Virus record (IMG/VR): IMGVR_UViG_3300024262_000015
Location: 64,001-128,000 of that record
DNA: 64,000 bases
Origin: a virus
Strand: one strand, 5' to 3'
The number at the start of each line of letters is the position of its first letter. The stretch's first letter is position 1. Below are positions 36,902 through 47,770 of the stretch, one piece after another. Position numbers and translations under genes: made by a program. The notes beneath the pieces are model-generated. The model made no database searches and had not been told where the DNA came from. It worked only from the letters and a program-made list of their open reading frames with translations.

Positions 36902-37141
36902 GATTTAAATCGCTTTCTATAGAGTCCGACCGGCTGATCGGATGGCCAATCTACTCTCTTCTTTTACGGTGTCCACTCTTTTTTGTCATAGCGCGTAATT
37001 TTTGTTCAAGGACAATGAGAGCGAAAAGTTTTGGTCTATATCAAATTCTCGCTATTTGGTTTAGCTAATTAAACTCTACCTAAAATCGCACTTTATTTGG
37101 ATAGTAGGAGCGGTTTGTTTAAAGAAGATAGAAGAGGGTAA

Positions 37142-40100
37142 ATGACAAGATATCCTAATGGAATTGATGATGACGCTACATTACCTCGTGTTGACAATAA
37201 CTTAACTCAGATCTCAGGACTAGCAATTAATTCATTGCGGTCTGCCGTTTTTGCAATTGAGACAACTCTTGGAGCAAATCCTCAGGCATCTGCTGCGAGT
37301 GTAGCTGCACGTTTAAACAAGTCCCTTAACCCTGATGGATCTATTCGGGGCTCAGCTTTACAGAGTGCTGGGCTGGCCAGTCTTCCGATTGATAATAATC
37401 AGGTGGGAGTTAATGCTGGAATTGAAGAAAGTAAACTTAAACTAAATTTTAGTACTATTAGTCTTCATACTTTAATTTTAGCCAACATTGCTTCTATTGA
37501 TTCGGTTAGTGATCTTTCTGAAGAGAATAGATGCAATCTCCGACTTCATATTCAAGGTGCTGTTCATCTTCTTGATGGAATTACCTTGGCTCGTCATGTA
37601 GCTAGCCAAATTGATTTAAATGCGGTTCCGTTTGATCCCCGTGATCCGAGTTATATTTGGCCGGGGCTTAGAAATAGATATGGAGATTTGCGTCCGGCCA
37701 CTCAGGTAGCTTCTGCTTTATTAGAAATCAATGAAGATTTAATTGATCACCTAAATAGAATTTTAGATGCTCATCCGGCTACAGCCATTGTGGTGGATAC
37801 GAGCAATTTTTCTGAGATACCTAAGACCGCGACTAATGCTCAATTAGCTTTTCAGGCTTTGGATGATCAAGATCGTTTAACCATGGGAGTTCACCGTGCC
37901 AATATGCATGTGAATGGAATTCCTCGTTGGACTCGTTCTACTACTCTTGAAGAAGACTCGCTTAATTTTGATGGGTACAATGTTTTAATTGTCCCTCCCA
38001 CAACTGTCCAAGCTTATCTTTATGGTCCGCCTCCTTCTGCTAACCCTGTAGATAGCACTACAGATGGTGATGATGTAATTGAATTCTTTCCGGATAATAC
38101 TGGAAATGAATTTGATGAAAAGTTTACTAAGGTTAGAAGCGGAGACATTCTTTATATTAATTATGGAAATGGTTTAAGCGCTCGGTGGATTGTTGAGTCT
38201 TATAGGTTTGTTCCTGGCTCTCAATGGTTTGCGAGAATTAATGGTGTAAACCTAGCAGAAGCTGAAGGGATTGCGTCCATTTATAGGCCAAAATTTGATC
38301 GCAATGTATATGGGGTTTTAGCTGTAGCTCCGGCTAACAATGATATTACCACTTCTGTAAGGGCCAGTGCAATTGTTGGCGATCCTCGTGGCGCGAATGT
38401 TTTAGGAAATGGTTTTGAGGCTTCTGAATTAGATGCCGAGCATTATAATCTTTGGCTTGTTATTTATCCAACTGGAAATCCTGAAGATTTAACCATACCT
38501 TTATCAGCCATTGATGTTACTGGAAATGCGGGCGCTACTCCTGGTGCTTATACTTTAGATAGCGTTGTAAGAACCACAAATAATGCTTTAAGAGCAAAGG
38601 GTTTTAATTATAGGTTTATAGCATATGAACGAGATGGAGAGTTTGGTCTTATGTTGGCTGACTCTATTAATTCTGTTTCCTTCTCTATAATTAGTGGTGA
38701 GGTTGTTGGTGGGGTTTTGGTTGAAAGCTCATTTGTTAAAAATGTAATTGGTGATGCGTCACGAGGCGGGAACCCTTCAGATGGTTTTGATGCTTTAGGT
38801 TTAGGTTCGGCTAAGGGTGGGTTTGCGGGGGTTCCTTTTGGTCAGCCTTATTCTTCTGCTCTTGAGGCGGCGAGCTTTCCTACTGAGGTAATTCCGGCGC
38901 TCAAGTTTAGAAACTATGTGGTGAATGGGATTCGAAGAGATGATTTTGCTCCTACTCCATTTGCAGGCTATTCTGAAGATGATGGTTACTTTGCAATTGA
39001 AGATGGTTATTGGGTAGGCACATTAATTTCTAGGAATGCGATTAGTGGTTCTGCTACGTATGAGATACCAATTGATTTACGTTCTGTAGAGCTAAGGCCT
39101 GGAGGAACCATTGTTATTCAGCCTACGGTTCCTTGGACAACAGGCGGGCTTAACAACGCAGATTATGGCCGCTTTATACTTGAATCTGTTACCTATGGAG
39201 ATCCGTGCCCTCCTGTAGTAGCAAAGATGACCTTGACCGTTTTGAATGCGGATATGGATGGTGTCGGCTCTGATCCCACGCTTCCTGTTCGCATTTATTG
39301 GAATGAGAGCACGGTAGGTTTTGATGCTCTTAATATGGTGGACACTGCTTCGGTTATTGTATACAAGAGGTGGTTTCAGATATTTATTGATGATGAAGGA
39401 AATACTTTTAGTCATGAAAGGTGTCGCTTCCCCATTCAAGTAGAGGGGGCAGTTTTAGCAGAAGATTTGGGTACGGCCTTGTGGAAAACGGAAGATGTGT
39501 CTGCCAAATTGCGAGGATTTAATTCTGGAGCAGCACAAGCGAAATTTTTTGTTAGATTCCAAATCACCGCATACGATAATGCTACGGGAGAATTTTCAGG
39601 ATGGCTAGGTGAACCTGATGGAGCTACAGGTATTAAGAACACTGGCCAATTGGTTACTAGTAAAAAGAATACTAAGACAAGATTTTATGATAACTCCAAT
39701 GTAGATTTTATTGAACTTGAATATGTAGATGTGGCTGGCTCCTCTCCTGTTACAACTGGGGTTCCAAGATTTGTTGACATTGAGATATTTGATTCTCTTT
39801 CAAGGGATCAAGAGGTCTTTTATATAGGAAGTTGTGAACTTACTGATGGCAATAATAGAATTGATGCTGCTCAGGATCAAAGAGAGCTAGGCAGTGTAAG
39901 TGAAGAGAATTTTACCGATTCAGCAGTAGCGTTTGTAGAAGCTGGAGATAGAGTTCTTCATGATAATGGTATTATTAGAGGTTTTGCTGCTGTTCAAGAT
40001 TTGGTTGAGCCTACACAAGTAAAGGCTGATGGTGGGTTTGCGGTAGTTAACGGAAGTGTGGTTGCTGGAAATCCTTCGTTAGTTGTGATTCCGGAAATTG

Positions 40101-42601
40101 TAGAGGCTTCTGTAGGGTCTGGAGATATCATTGATTGGGCGATATGTGTGAACCAAGAGGGCAACTTCGAGACTCATATTATTACTCCTACCAAGCAACA
40201 ATTCTTAGCTTCTTTGCCTGCTGGTGGGCCTTCATTTTATGTTCAATCTTTTACCTTTAGTGAATTGGTTGATACAAGAAGGGATTTGGTACCGATTGCA
40301 ATTGTTAATGTGACCATTGCATCTACAACTATCAATTCGGTTTCTGATGCTAGACGGTTTGTTCATACAGAAACGTTCAATATACCTTTTACATTTAGTA
40401 CAGAAAATGGGTCTAGCAGTTTTAATAGTTTGGAGCAGCTAACAACATGGTTACGGATTTATACTGCTGGTCATCGTGAGGTAAAAATAGTTGGCAAGCA
40501 TTTGATTACAGACCATTTGAATTGGACCAACCTTCCGCCCTTTACGATTGTGGGAGAAGGGATTGGGCTATATGCGGATTCTGGATCTGGCTATACGGTA
40601 TCTGATTTTTCTCAATTAAAGTTTGCTAGTGGCAAGATTTTGTTTTTAGATGGAACGAGTATAACGGCTAGGAATTTGACTTTTCAGTTTGATGTTGAAA
40701 CCCCTGTAGCTGTTGATCTTGGGGCTGGAAGCGAAAATAGACCTGTGCTTTTTGAAGATGTAGAATTTGTTTTCTTGGGTTCAAATATAGGGGTAAATTT
40801 AGCGAGCTATTCTGAGTTTAACCGATGTCGTTTTGATTGGAGCATGAGCAGTCCAAGTGGGGGCGGCTTTATTGAGGCGTTAGGTGGGGGTTGTTTATAT
40901 AGGAGAACAGATAATCAAGAGGTTTTTGATGATGCTAGCATAACTAATTGTAGATTTATAAGCAGAGTTCAAGATCGTTATCCGTTTATTTCTTTAATTC
41001 AAAATAGTGTTGGGATTGCTACAACTACAATTTTTAATTCTAATATTGTAATTACTGGAAACTATTTTGAAAGCAAGGGAGTATCAGTTAGTCGGGCTGC
41101 GGTAGCTCTCGTTCGCCCTCTTTCTAATAGTGCTAGGGGCGGGTTTAGAAGTTGCATTATTTCTAATAACGTTGCGGGTCAAGATCAGGGAATTTACATT
41201 ACTAGTACTTTCCAGCTTAATGGAAACTTTGGATACCTTCAAGCGCAACAAGTTACGATAGATGGTAACAGGTGTGGTCGTATTGGATATTATGTAAGAA
41301 ATCTAGATCAGGGCCATGATCTTCTTAGGATAGCCAACAATTTTTGTACCTTTATTGGCAACCTTGATGCTGATGGGTTGGCGAGCATAGATTTATCCAA
41401 CAATACTTCTGCCCTAGGTGTTGTGAGGATTGAGGGTAATGCTTGTAATTGGATTCAGTGTTTTAATGGAGGTGGCCAGGCTGGGGATCAGATAAGGAGC
41501 AAGGTTATTATTACTGATAACTCGCTTAATGCCGCCGACCCAGCTTATTTAATTAATCTTAACAGCGCCACAGTTACTCTTCTAAATGATGGCATTTCTA
41601 TTCAAGACACGAATGATGAGATAGCATTATTGGGAACCAATGCTATTGTTCAAAACAACCAATTATCAACAGGTCAGGGAGGGTTGTTTTTTACAGATCA
41701 GTATTATAAGCGAGGAATATTTTGCAGTGGCGCGTATATAAAGAATAATATTGTTGATGGTTTTTCGGCCGAGAGTGGTGCAGTAGGGATTCAAAACATG
41801 GCGTTCGGCGCAGTTATTGGAAATGAGGTTCGATTTGGTGCGCCTTCAAATAATGAGACAATTGGAATTCTATCATTTGTTTTTGTTCAAATTTCTGACA
41901 ATCAGCTTTTTAGAGGAACACAAGATATCGAGCATTATATTAATATAGGCGGTCTTTGTAATGTAGTAGATAATGCTTTTGATAGTCCTTATATTAATAT
42001 TCTTAATACAGATCTTAATGTTATTGGGATAGTGGGGGCGCCTGGTGGAAGTATAGTTGAAAGAAATATAAATCAAACAGTTAATGCATTTATTAGTGGG
42101 TCGTTAGGAACCAAATCAATAGGGTTTGTTTCAGGTAATGTTTTGTTTGATACTATTACTGGGTTACCATCAGATGTTCAAATAGAATTAATTCCCCCTA
42201 CAGTTAGTACCTCAGAAACTTTAACTTTTCAGGTATCTTCAGGTAGTAAGCGCACTTTTGATTGGACTATTCCATTAAGTGAAGTTATCCCGTATGAAGT
42301 CAAATTGTTGAGCTTGCAGTTAACTTATACCCTTTCTACCATTTTGGATGCGGGAGAAATTAAAGTCACCCTGGCTCCAGCAAAAGGGGGCACGATTATA
42401 CAATCAACCTTGGACCTGGCTGGGTTGCCTGCGGGTACAGCTACTTTTGATGTACCAACTCCTCCTGCTTCTTTTGTTTCTTCGTACCACAAGTTGGCAG
42501 ATCCTTATGTTCTTAAAATTTCTGCTCAAACAGATCACTCTATAGGAATGACCTTAACCTTACGCAATGTATCTTTTACTTATAGATGGACGCCTGTATA
42601 A
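37142..42601 (+). CDS. Very large tail fibre/spike protein with C-terminal parallel beta-helix
   Basis: 1819 aa. MTRYPNGIDD...AVFAIETTLGANP fibre N-terminus, HVASQI/HPATAI motifs, many I..N.. beta-helix rungs, three DGY. Confidence 0.75.
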   Translation: MTRYPNGIDDDATLPRVDNNLTQISGLAINSLRSAVFAIETTLGANPQASAASVAARLNKSLNPDGSIRGSALQSAGLASLPIDNNQVGVNAGIEESKLKLNFSTISLHTLILANIASIDSVSDLSEENRCNLRLHIQGAVHLLDGITLARHVASQIDLNAVPFDPRDPSYIWPGLRNRYGDLRPATQVASALLEINEDLIDHLNRILDAHPATAIVVDTSNFSEIPKTATNAQLAFQALDDQDRLTMGVHRANMHVNGIPRWTRSTTLEEDSLNFDGYNVLIVPPTTVQAYLYGPPPSANPVDSTTDGDDVIEFFPDNTGNEFDEKFTKVRSGDILYINYGNGLSARWIVESYRFVPGSQWFARINGVNLAEAEGIASIYRPKFDRNVYGVLAVAPANNDITTSVRASAIVGDPRGANVLGNGFEASELDAEHYNLWLVIYPTGNPEDLTIPLSAIDVTGNAGATPGAYTLDSVVRTTNNALRAKGFNYRFIAYERDGEFGLMLADSINSVSFSIISGEVVGGVLVESSFVKNVIGDASRGGNPSDGFDALGLGSAKGGFAGVPFGQPYSSALEAASFPTEVIPALKFRNYVVNGIRRDDFAPTPFAGYSEDDGYFAIEDGYWVGTLISRNAISGSATYEIPIDLRSVELRPGGTIVIQPTVPWTTGGLNNADYGRFILESVTYGDPCPPVVAKMTLTVLNADMDGVGSDPTLPVRIYWNESTVGFDALNMVDTASVIVYKRWFQIFIDDEGNTFSHERCRFPIQVEGAVLAEDLGTALWKTEDVSAKLRGFNSGAAQAKFFVRFQITAYDNATGEFSGWLGEPDGATGIKNTGQLVTSKKNTKTRFYDNSNVDFIELEYVDVAGSSPVTTGVPRFVDIEIFDSLSRDQEVFYIGSCELTDGNNRIDAAQDQRELGSVSEENFTDSAVAFVEAGDRVLHDNGIIRGFAAVQDLVEPTQVKADGGFAVVNGSVVAGNPSLVVIPEIVEASVGSGDIIDWAICVNQEGNFETHIITPTKQQFLASLPAGGPSFYVQSFTFSELVDTRRDLVPIAIVNVTIASTTINSVSDARRFVHTETFNIPFTFSTENGSSSFNSLEQLTTWLRIYTAGHREVKIVGKHLITDHLNWTNLPPFTIVGEGIGLYADSGSGYTVSDFSQLKFASGKILFLDGTSITARNLTFQFDVETPVAVDLGAGSENRPVLFEDVEFVFLGSNIGVNLASYSEFNRCRFDWSMSSPSGGGFIEALGGGCLYRRTDNQEVFDDASITNCRFISRVQDRYPFISLIQNSVGIATTTIFNSNIVITGNYFESKGVSVSRAAVALVRPLSNSARGGFRSCIISNNVAGQDQGIYITSTFQLNGNFGYLQAQQVTIDGNRCGRIGYYVRNLDQGHDLLRIANNFCTFIGNLDADGLASIDLSNNTSALGVVRIEGNACNWIQCFNGGGQAGDQIRSKVIITDNSLNAADPAYLINLNSATVTLLNDGISIQDTNDEIALLGTNAIVQNNQLSTGQGGLFFTDQYYKRGIFCSGAYIKNNIVDGFSAESGAVGIQNMAFGAVIGNEVRFGAPSNNETIGILSFVFVQISDNQLFRGTQDIEHYINIGGLCNVVDNAFDSPYINILNTDLNVIGIVGAPGGSIVERNINQTVNAFISGSLGTKSIGFVSGNVLFDTITGLPSDVQIELIPPTVSTSETLTFQVSSGSKRTFDWTIPLSEVIPYEVKLLSLQLTYTLSTILDAGEIKVTLAPAKGGTIIQSTLDLAGLPAGTATFDVPTPPASFVSSYHKLADPYVLKISAQTDHSIGMTLTLRNVSFTYRWTPV

Positions 42602-42697
42602 AATTAGCCAAGGAAACCTGTGAACTGGAAGATAACTAGTCTTGTGCTGTAGGTAGTCACAAAGCTATGCAACTAAGACTTATAAAGCATCGTATAG

Positions 42698-43489
42698 ATG
42701 GCTACCGGCACTCTTTATTATACGGATTTATTTCAGCTAAATAATGTCGTCCAAAACACTCTTCTTACTTTTCCAAAAGAAGTGGCTATCGATCTTTTAA
42801 GAGATGAATTTAATAAAGATAGCTACTTTCATTTTGTAAGAGATGAGTGGGGATTTGTAAAAACCCCAAGCCTTCTTGGTGTTCCATCTGAGGCTGGGCT
42901 TCATGATGATGAGACAACAAGAATTTTTATTGCAGAGAAATGGCGGTTTAACACAATCTTTTATCCGGCTGTTTTAGTTTCTATGGGCAACATGGATTCT
43001 ACTCCTCTTTCTTTTAATAGGGATAGAGGGACTGTTCAATGGGAGGCAGTAAGGGTTTATGATGGGTATGGGAATTTTAAAAATATTTTTACTCCCAAAG
43101 CTTTTCTTTTTAATGGAGCTTGGCAGGGATCAATTAATGTAGATGTTTGGACGCGAGGAATTCGGGCCAGAGATGAAATTGTAGAATTTATTTCTTTAGC
43201 TTTTGTAGATATTCTTGAAAAAAGATTATGGAAAGCTGGTGTTTTTATTAGGGGTCTTAAAATTAGTGCACCTTCGGAAGGGGATGATTTAAATGAAAAA
43301 CTTTATAAGCAAACAATTACTGTAGATATTCGAACAGAATGGGCTAGAGCCATACCTGTTCAGAGTGTTTGTGATGCAATTGCCTTGTGTGTGGAGTTTG
43401 GAGTTCTCGATCCACCACCCCCAAGAATAGCGCCTAATTTGACTATTAGAACGGATGTGAATTTGCTTGATAAACTTGAAAGTCTTTAA
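42698..43489 (+). CDS. Putative tail terminator/completion protein
   Basis: Immediately before the sheath gene. YPAVLV...INVDVWT...RDEIVEFI pattern. Confidence 0.6.
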   Translation: MATGTLYYTDLFQLNNVVQNTLLTFPKEVAIDLLRDEFNKDSYFHFVRDEWGFVKTPSLLGVPSEAGLHDDETTRIFIAEKWRFNTIFYPAVLVSMGNMDSTPLSFNRDRGTVQWEAVRVYDGYGNFKNIFTPKAFLFNGAWQGSINVDVWTRGIRARDEIVEFISLAFVDILEKRLWKAGVFIRGLKISAPSEGDDLNEKLYKQTITVDIRTEWARAIPVQSVCDAIALCVEFGVLDPPPPRIAPNLTIRTDVNLLDKLESL

Positions 43490-43577
43490 ACAAAAAAAAT
43501 ACATGCACTAACAAGACATTAGATTGGTTAGTAGGAATATTAACGTATTTTTTCGAACTTTGTAAGCGAGGAGAGGT

Positions 43578-46058
43578 GTGGGCGCAAATTTCCCAGGAGC
43601 CGGAAATGCATTACCTGATAGTTATGTAGAAATTGTTACTCGAAGTCGGGGCGCTAGTGTTCCCAGTGGAAACCGTTTTGCGGTTATCATGGGGGAAGGG
43701 CAGCGAGAACTGATTTTAGTAACATCTGCATTGGGTGGTGGCAATGATGGTCTTGACGGTCCCGGTGGCTTAGCGCCGCCTTGTACAACCGAGAGTGGTT
43801 CAGATGGGCGTCACTTCCTTCTTCCGGACGCACCTCTTATATCTAACAGAACTTCTATTATCAAAAATGGAATTCCTTTAGCAGTCCTTGAAGGGCCAAT
43901 TAATACTCAAGGGTTTGATTCAGATTTTGGAGCTAAAGTAGATATAGCTACTGGCTGTGTTGAGCTTCAAGCTGCTCATATTGTTGATCAGGGCGGCCAA
44001 GAGTTTCAACCTGCTTCTAACAACATTGGCAATGGAACGCTTAGTGCCCTTGAGCTAGTAGATGATAATGCTCCTACTGAAACTTGGACTGTTCGGTGTT
44101 CTAGTGTACGAAGAGATGGGTACGGCAATCCCATTGATGGCTATGCTAAGTTTATTGCTAATGGAACCGTGTCTGGTTTCATTTTAGATGGTTATGGACA
44201 ACAGATTGTTTGGACCTCTAACGGCTCTCTTCTTTCTAATGGCATACTAGAATTTGCGGTGGATGAAGGCGCAACTCCTTTTGAGGAAGGAGATAGTTTT
44301 GTTATTTTTGTTCAAGGAGGAGCTTTAAATGAGGGAGATACTTTATCGGCTCAATACATAGCGGTCATAGATATAAATGATCCGGTGTTTTTTACCGACA
44401 TGGATAACTTTAGAAGTTTCCATGGTGCTCCAACAATTAACAATACTTTAGCTTTAGGGGCTCAGATTCTTATGCAAAATGGAGCCCCTGGTTTCTTTGC
44501 ACTACAGACTGCCCCTCCATTGCCTCGGCGTCAGTCTGTTGTTTTAGTTGAGGATGCGCCAGGAGAATCTGATCTAGAAGATTTAGAGTTTCCGTTGCCG
44601 TTAAATCTTGTACCGGATGCGGACTTAAATATTAACTTCTTTATTACTAATCCAGTAACAAATAAAGAGACGCAGATTATTCCTAATAAAGTTCCTTTTT
44701 ATAATCCAATTTATAATACTACTCCTGCAGCCTTTGTTTTTGGACCAGACGTGTTCTCTTATACAGTAGTAGAAACCGTTCAGGTTACAAAGCAAGGGGT
44801 AGATGGAGTTCTTACTACCTTAACCCCCTTAACTGCCAAGATGTCGTCAGTAACGGTAGGGTTTGATGCGGGGGATACTGGCTTTGATATCCAGCTTTTC
44901 AATTCTACTAACCCCGCTAATGATGGTGTCTTTACAGTTACTGGAGTTCTAAATGGTGAGCTTCAGATCTCTAGGACTTCAGGAAGCTTTATAGGAACTG
45001 AGACGAGTGTTGATTTCCGTCTCATTAATCCTAATCCGCTAGTTAAGAGCACAAAGATTTTGTTTACCCAAGATTTGGCTTTGGACGCGGGTGAAAAGCT
45101 TAGGGCCACAATTGTTGATGTTAAAGATGCAGATTTCTTTGATGTAGGTTGGACTAACGCTTATGCTTCGGCTGAAAAGATTGAGGTGGACATGGTTGTT
45201 CCCCTTCCTCGCCAAACCATAAGTGCTATTTTTCAGAACGGCAAAACCCACGTTCGTAAAATGAGTACCATTAAGAATAAGCATGAACGAATGCTTTTCA
45301 TTGGTGCCATTAAGGGACTGGATCCGGCTGAGATTATCGGAACCCAGTTAGCAGCAGTAGAAGATATTGGTATTCTTGAAGGAATTCAGGGAGATGATAT
45401 TGCTGAAATTCTGGCTGGAGATAATGAGGATTTAACCAATTATAGTATCTACGATAATTTTGGAAACACCTTTCGCGTTGTTTACATGTATCCGGATGAG
45501 GTAGTGGTTCAGGCTGGGGCAAACCGTCTATTGCTGGATGGTTTTTATATGGCTCCAGCAGCAGCAGGGTTTTTTGCTGGAACATCAAATGTAACCATTC
45601 CACTAACACGCAAAAACTTAACGGGCTTCCAGCTTCTTAGGAACATGATTTTCCCGCCCATTATTCTAGAAGAAATTGCTGCAGCGGGCGCGTGTCTTAT
45701 GCAGCCTATTGCAGGTGGTGGGGTTTGCTTGTGGGGAAGAACTACAACCGCCAGTGGGTTTGCTGAAGAGGAAGAAATTAGCATTGTCTTTATTCGTGAC
45801 CGCATTGCTAAAATTCTACGGGCTGCCTTTAGAGGCTTTATTGGTCAGCCAGAAAGTCCAGATTTTGGTTCAACCTTAGCGGCCAGGATTAATAGTGTCC
45901 TCATTGCGCTGACCACTCGTAGGCTTATTACTCGATTTACAGATGTAGTTGTTCAAAGAGATCCGGTTGAGCCAAGGCAATGGAACATAGGGGTAAGCGT
46001 CCAACCGACCTACCCTGTTAACTGGATTTATATAAGGGTAGATCTAGGGCTCATCTAA
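43578..46058 (+). CDS. Tail sheath protein
   Basis: PDSYVEI N-terminus. C-terminal EISIVFIRD...FIGQ...DPVEPRQWNIGVSVQPTYPVNWIYI sheath signature. Confidence 0.9.
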   Translation: MGANFPGAGNALPDSYVEIVTRSRGASVPSGNRFAVIMGEGQRELILVTSALGGGNDGLDGPGGLAPPCTTESGSDGRHFLLPDAPLISNRTSIIKNGIPLAVLEGPINTQGFDSDFGAKVDIATGCVELQAAHIVDQGGQEFQPASNNIGNGTLSALELVDDNAPTETWTVRCSSVRRDGYGNPIDGYAKFIANGTVSGFILDGYGQQIVWTSNGSLLSNGILEFAVDEGATPFEEGDSFVIFVQGGALNEGDTLSAQYIAVIDINDPVFFTDMDNFRSFHGAPTINNTLALGAQILMQNGAPGFFALQTAPPLPRRQSVVLVEDAPGESDLEDLEFPLPLNLVPDADLNINFFITNPVTNKETQIIPNKVPFYNPIYNTTPAAFVFGPDVFSYTVVETVQVTKQGVDGVLTTLTPLTAKMSSVTVGFDAGDTGFDIQLFNSTNPANDGVFTVTGVLNGELQISRTSGSFIGTETSVDFRLINPNPLVKSTKILFTQDLALDAGEKLRATIVDVKDADFFDVGWTNAYASAEKIEVDMVVPLPRQTISAIFQNGKTHVRKMSTIKNKHERMLFIGAIKGLDPAEIIGTQLAAVEDIGILEGIQGDDIAEILAGDNEDLTNYSIYDNFGNTFRVVYMYPDEVVVQAGANRLLLDGFYMAPAAAGFFAGTSNVTIPLTRKNLTGFQLLRNMIFPPIILEEIAAAGACLMQPIAGGGVCLWGRTTTASGFAEEEEISIVFIRDRIAKILRAAFRGFIGQPESPDFGSTLAARINSVLIALTTRRLITRFTDVVVQRDPVEPRQWNIGVSVQPTYPVNWIYIRVDLGLI

Positions 46059-46085
46059 TAGGGGCGTATCTAATAGAAGGATAAA

Positions 46086-46727
46086 ATGGCCATAACTGCT
46101 AATACAGGATCGATAGTTCAAGGCCCCGAGGGGGAAAGCGTTACACGTACTTCTGTAAGTACAAATATAATTATTGAAGTAGATGGAAATAAAATTGGCG
46201 CTGTTAAAAACCTTTCGGTGACGGAAGCTCGAAGTGTATCAATGATTGATGAAGTAGGAACAGATGGTCATATAGACTCTGTGCCGAATAAATCAACTGA
46301 CATTAGTGGAAGCTGTAAGAGAACTCGTTTTGGTAACTTAAGAATTGCCGCCGCATTTAGCAGGCCTTTTATTCATGCGGCCTCTCAGCGTATTCCTTTT
46401 GATATTATCATTAAGGATATTTTTGCGTCAGAGGCAGATTCCACTACCTTGACTACTGTTATCAAGAATGTTTGGATTACTCAAATTAGTTATCAGTATC
46501 AAGATACAGACTTTGTTATTGTGGATGATATGAATTGGCAGGCTGAAGCAATTTACTCTACAATGGGTCCGAATAGTGGTGCCGTTCCGATTCCGGGTGG
46601 CCCGATTGGTAGTCGAGACATGCCGCTTACAGATCTTAATCCGATTGAACAGGCAACTGATAAGGGCGATTTCCGTGGTGCTCTTACGGCTGGTGGCCTT
46701 TTGTTCGCAATTGACGAAACTGCTTAA
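46086..46727 (+). CDS. Tail tube protein
   Basis: Follows the sheath gene. IGAVKNLSVTEAR...EVG...PFDIII...NVWITQISY. Confidence 0.85.
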   Translation: MAITANTGSIVQGPEGESVTRTSVSTNIIIEVDGNKIGAVKNLSVTEARSVSMIDEVGTDGHIDSVPNKSTDISGSCKRTRFGNLRIAAAFSRPFIHAASQRIPFDIIIKDIFASEADSTTLTTVIKNVWITQISYQYQDTDFVIVDDMNWQAEAIYSTMGPNSGAVPIPGGPIGSRDMPLTDLNPIEQATDKGDFRGALTAGGLLFAIDETA

Positions 46728-46765
46728 GGTCGTCTGATATATCCTTTAAGTAGAAAGGAATATCT

Positions 46766-47404
46766 ATGGCCGGTATCAGAAGCACACTAGGAACAACCAA
46801 AGGAACAGGAACGTCTATGCCCAATTTTCGGGTGGAGGATGAAACTGAGGCGCTAGATGAAATATCAAAGCCTCTTCCTGCTAAAGCCGTCCAACAGCCT
46901 CAAGAGTTTAAGAGCTATGAAGAGGTTCAGAGGTTTAGAGAACAGCATACGAGCCAGCCTTCTGTTGCGCCTGATGCTAGAAAAAGAATTGAGCTTTTAT
47001 TAGGCATTGGAAAGCTAAACAAAGAGGTTGTTGTAGGGAGTGGCAAAGAGAAAATTACATTTTCTCTAAGGACATTAAAAAATAAAGAGAACGCATCTTT
47101 AATTGGGCTAGGTACGAGGGTTCAAGATGGAGATATTAAAGCCTTTTTAGAGCTTAAGATTAATACCTTGGCTTTTGCTATTGAGAGCGTAGAGGGTATT
47201 CCTTTAGATGTGTTCCTAGGACTTGCGGGACAGACGGAAGAAGATAAGCTTGCTATTAAGCTAGGTTTTTTTGATGATATGGAAACCAGTATTGTGAGCC
47301 ATTTATATGAAGAGTTTTCTGCTCTATCTCAAGAGAGCGGAAAACAATATGGTATTACGACTCTTGAAGATGCCGAGCAGGTTAGCGGTGACCTAAAAAA
47401 ATAG
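46766..47404 (+). CDS. Tail assembly chaperone (G-like)
   Basis: Between tube and tape measure. FSLRTL...LAFAIESVEG...HLYEEF. Ends in a slippery A7. Confidence 0.8.
   Translation: MAGIRSTLGTTKGTGTSMPNFRVEDETEALDEISKPLPAKAVQQPQEFKSYEEVQRFREQHTSQPSVAPDARKRIELLLGIGKLNKEVVVGSGKEKITFSLRTLKNKENASLIGLGTRVQDGDIKAFLELKINTLAFAIESVEGIPLDVFLGLAGQTEEDKLAIKLGFFDDMETSIVSHLYEEFSALSQESGKQYGITTLEDAEQVSGDLKK
47395..47401 (+). other. Programmed -1 ribosomal frameshift site A AAA AAA
   Basis: GAC CTA AAA AAA TAG. The -1 frame is open from 47401 (IAKETEQQFLFFLCQVFRKLPSDP) into the 47458-47769 ORF. Confidence 0.8.
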
Positions 47405-47769
47405 CCAAGGAAACCGAGCAGCAATTTCTCTTTTTCCTATGTCAAGTATTCAGAAAATTGCCAAGTGATCCGTTCATTCAGGATATGGATCCGCTTATTA
47501 AGATGTGGTTCTTGGAATGTTGGCGTGGGGAACAGGAAATACAGGCTGATAAAAGGCGAAATTTAGGCATCCTTGTAGGCGCATTCACTAATCCTGAAAT
47601 GGCTCGCAAGATGACCGAAGAGCCTATTACTACTTCAGATGAGGATTTTGAGGCGTCTACTCAGGAGTTCCTTGATGATGAAAAGCGCGTTAAAACCGAG
47701 GCTCTTCTAGAAAAAGAGAAGAGCAAAAAACGGATTTCACGACGTAAGAAAAGAAGAAGAGTAATATAA
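47401..47769 (+). CDS. Tail assembly chaperone frameshift extension (GT-like)
   Basis: No good independent start. In frame with the -1 shift. Confidence 0.75.
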   Translation: MAKETEQQFLFFLCQVFRKLPSDPFIQDMDPLIKMWFLECWRGEQEIQADKRRNLGILVGAFTNPEMARKMTEEPITTSDEDFEASTQEFLDDEKRVKTEALLEKEKSKKRISRRKKRRRVI

Positions 47770-47770
47770 A

